Shown here one piece after another: positions 63,448 through 64,000 of a DNA stretch of 64,000 nucleotides. The stretch spans positions 226 through 64,225 of the forward strand of contig CASDRB010000010.1 of NCBI GenBank assembly GCA_949283025.1. The letters are read 5' to 3'. Position numbers and translations under genes: made by a program. Numbering within the stretch: the stretch's first letter is position 1; every line of letters starts with the position of its first letter. The notes under the pieces are model-generated. The model was not told the origin of the DNA. It made no database searches and saw only the letters and a program-made list of their open reading frames with translations. The DNA comes from an uncultured bacterium (GTDB lineage: Bacteria; Bacillota_I; Bacilli_A; RFN20; CAG-826).

Positions 63448-63999
63448 TTATTTATTATTTTCAATAAGAATTAATTTAGGCTTATCCTGTAAAACTTTAT
63501 GATTGCTTGGTATGCTTTCACCTACGATGAAAACATTTGAACCAACGACAACATTATCGCCAATTAAAACTTCTCCGCCTAATATTGACGCTCCAGAATA
63601 TATCGTGACATTATTACCGATAGTTGGGTGTCTTTTACTATTTTTTAAAAGGTGCCCTTTCCCTAATGATAATGCACCCAATGTAACCCCTTGATAAATG
63701 CGGCAATAATTGCCAATTGTCGTAGTTTCACCTATGACAATGCCAGTTCCGTGATCAATGAAAAAAGGGACTCCAATACTGGCGCCAGGATGAATGTCAA
63801 TACCGGTTAAAAAATGAGCTTCTTCAGCGATAATTCTAGCGGTGATTTTTAAATTTAATTCATACATGATATGAGCAATTCGATGATAAGTAATAGCAAT
63901 AAAACCGGGGTACGTAACAACAATTTCTTCTAAACAATCGCTTGCAGGATCGCAGTCATAAAAATATTGTAAATCGTTATATAAAGATGATTTTAATTC
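63448..63999 (-). CDS. cysE: Serine O-acetyltransferase (5' end outside the window)
   Basis: Frame open to the window edge: DPA...EI...[39 protein letters not shown]. Confidence 0.9.
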   Translation of the reverse strand, partial: ELKSSLYNDLQYFYDCDPASDCLEEIVVTYPGFIAITYHRIAHIMYELNLKITARIIAEEAHFLTGIDIHPGASIGVPFFIDHGTGIVIGETTTIGNYCRIYQGVTLGALSLGKGHLLKNSKRHPTIGNNVTIYSGASILGGEVLIGDNVVVGSNVFIVGESIPSNHKVLQDKPKLILIENNK

Positions 64000-64000
64000 T

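Overview
AT-rich, gene-dense chromosomal segment read with the standard bacterial code (TGA is a stop, Trp is TGG). Gene content, lipoprotein richness and a GatA motif variant (GSDTGDS..KPA) suggest a genome-reduced Bacilli lineage related to Erysipelotrichales/Mollicutes, such as the uncultured gut RFN20/RF39 groups; this placement is inference. Most of the window is housekeeping: pth-mfd-S4-tilS-ftsH-dusB-lysS, rpsF-ssb-rpsR-gdpP-rplI-dnaB-yycJ-rlmH, tsaEBD-rimI-asnS and pcrA-ligA-gatCAB-galE. RNA elements are tmRNA (tag GNQRVSYALA), tRNA-Arg(CCT), a TPP riboswitch and an S6:S18 leader. The cell-envelope middle part (about 22.5-42.7 kb) is the most interesting. It holds (i) a membrane-anchored XRE regulator facing a 29-bp palindrome and an unannotated, extremely acidic 39-aa ORF; (ii) a split surface-glycan system (Wzy/O-ligase-like protein lacking the usual His, CBM-like lipoprotein, TupA-type ATP-grasp enzyme, Wzx flippase, three GT4s); and (iii) between its halves, an Ami/Opp peptide-import operon extended by a BspA-type LRR protein and a lipoprotein. 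I saw no CRISPR array, integrase, transposase or prophage. All family calls come from motif recognition by eye, not database searches.
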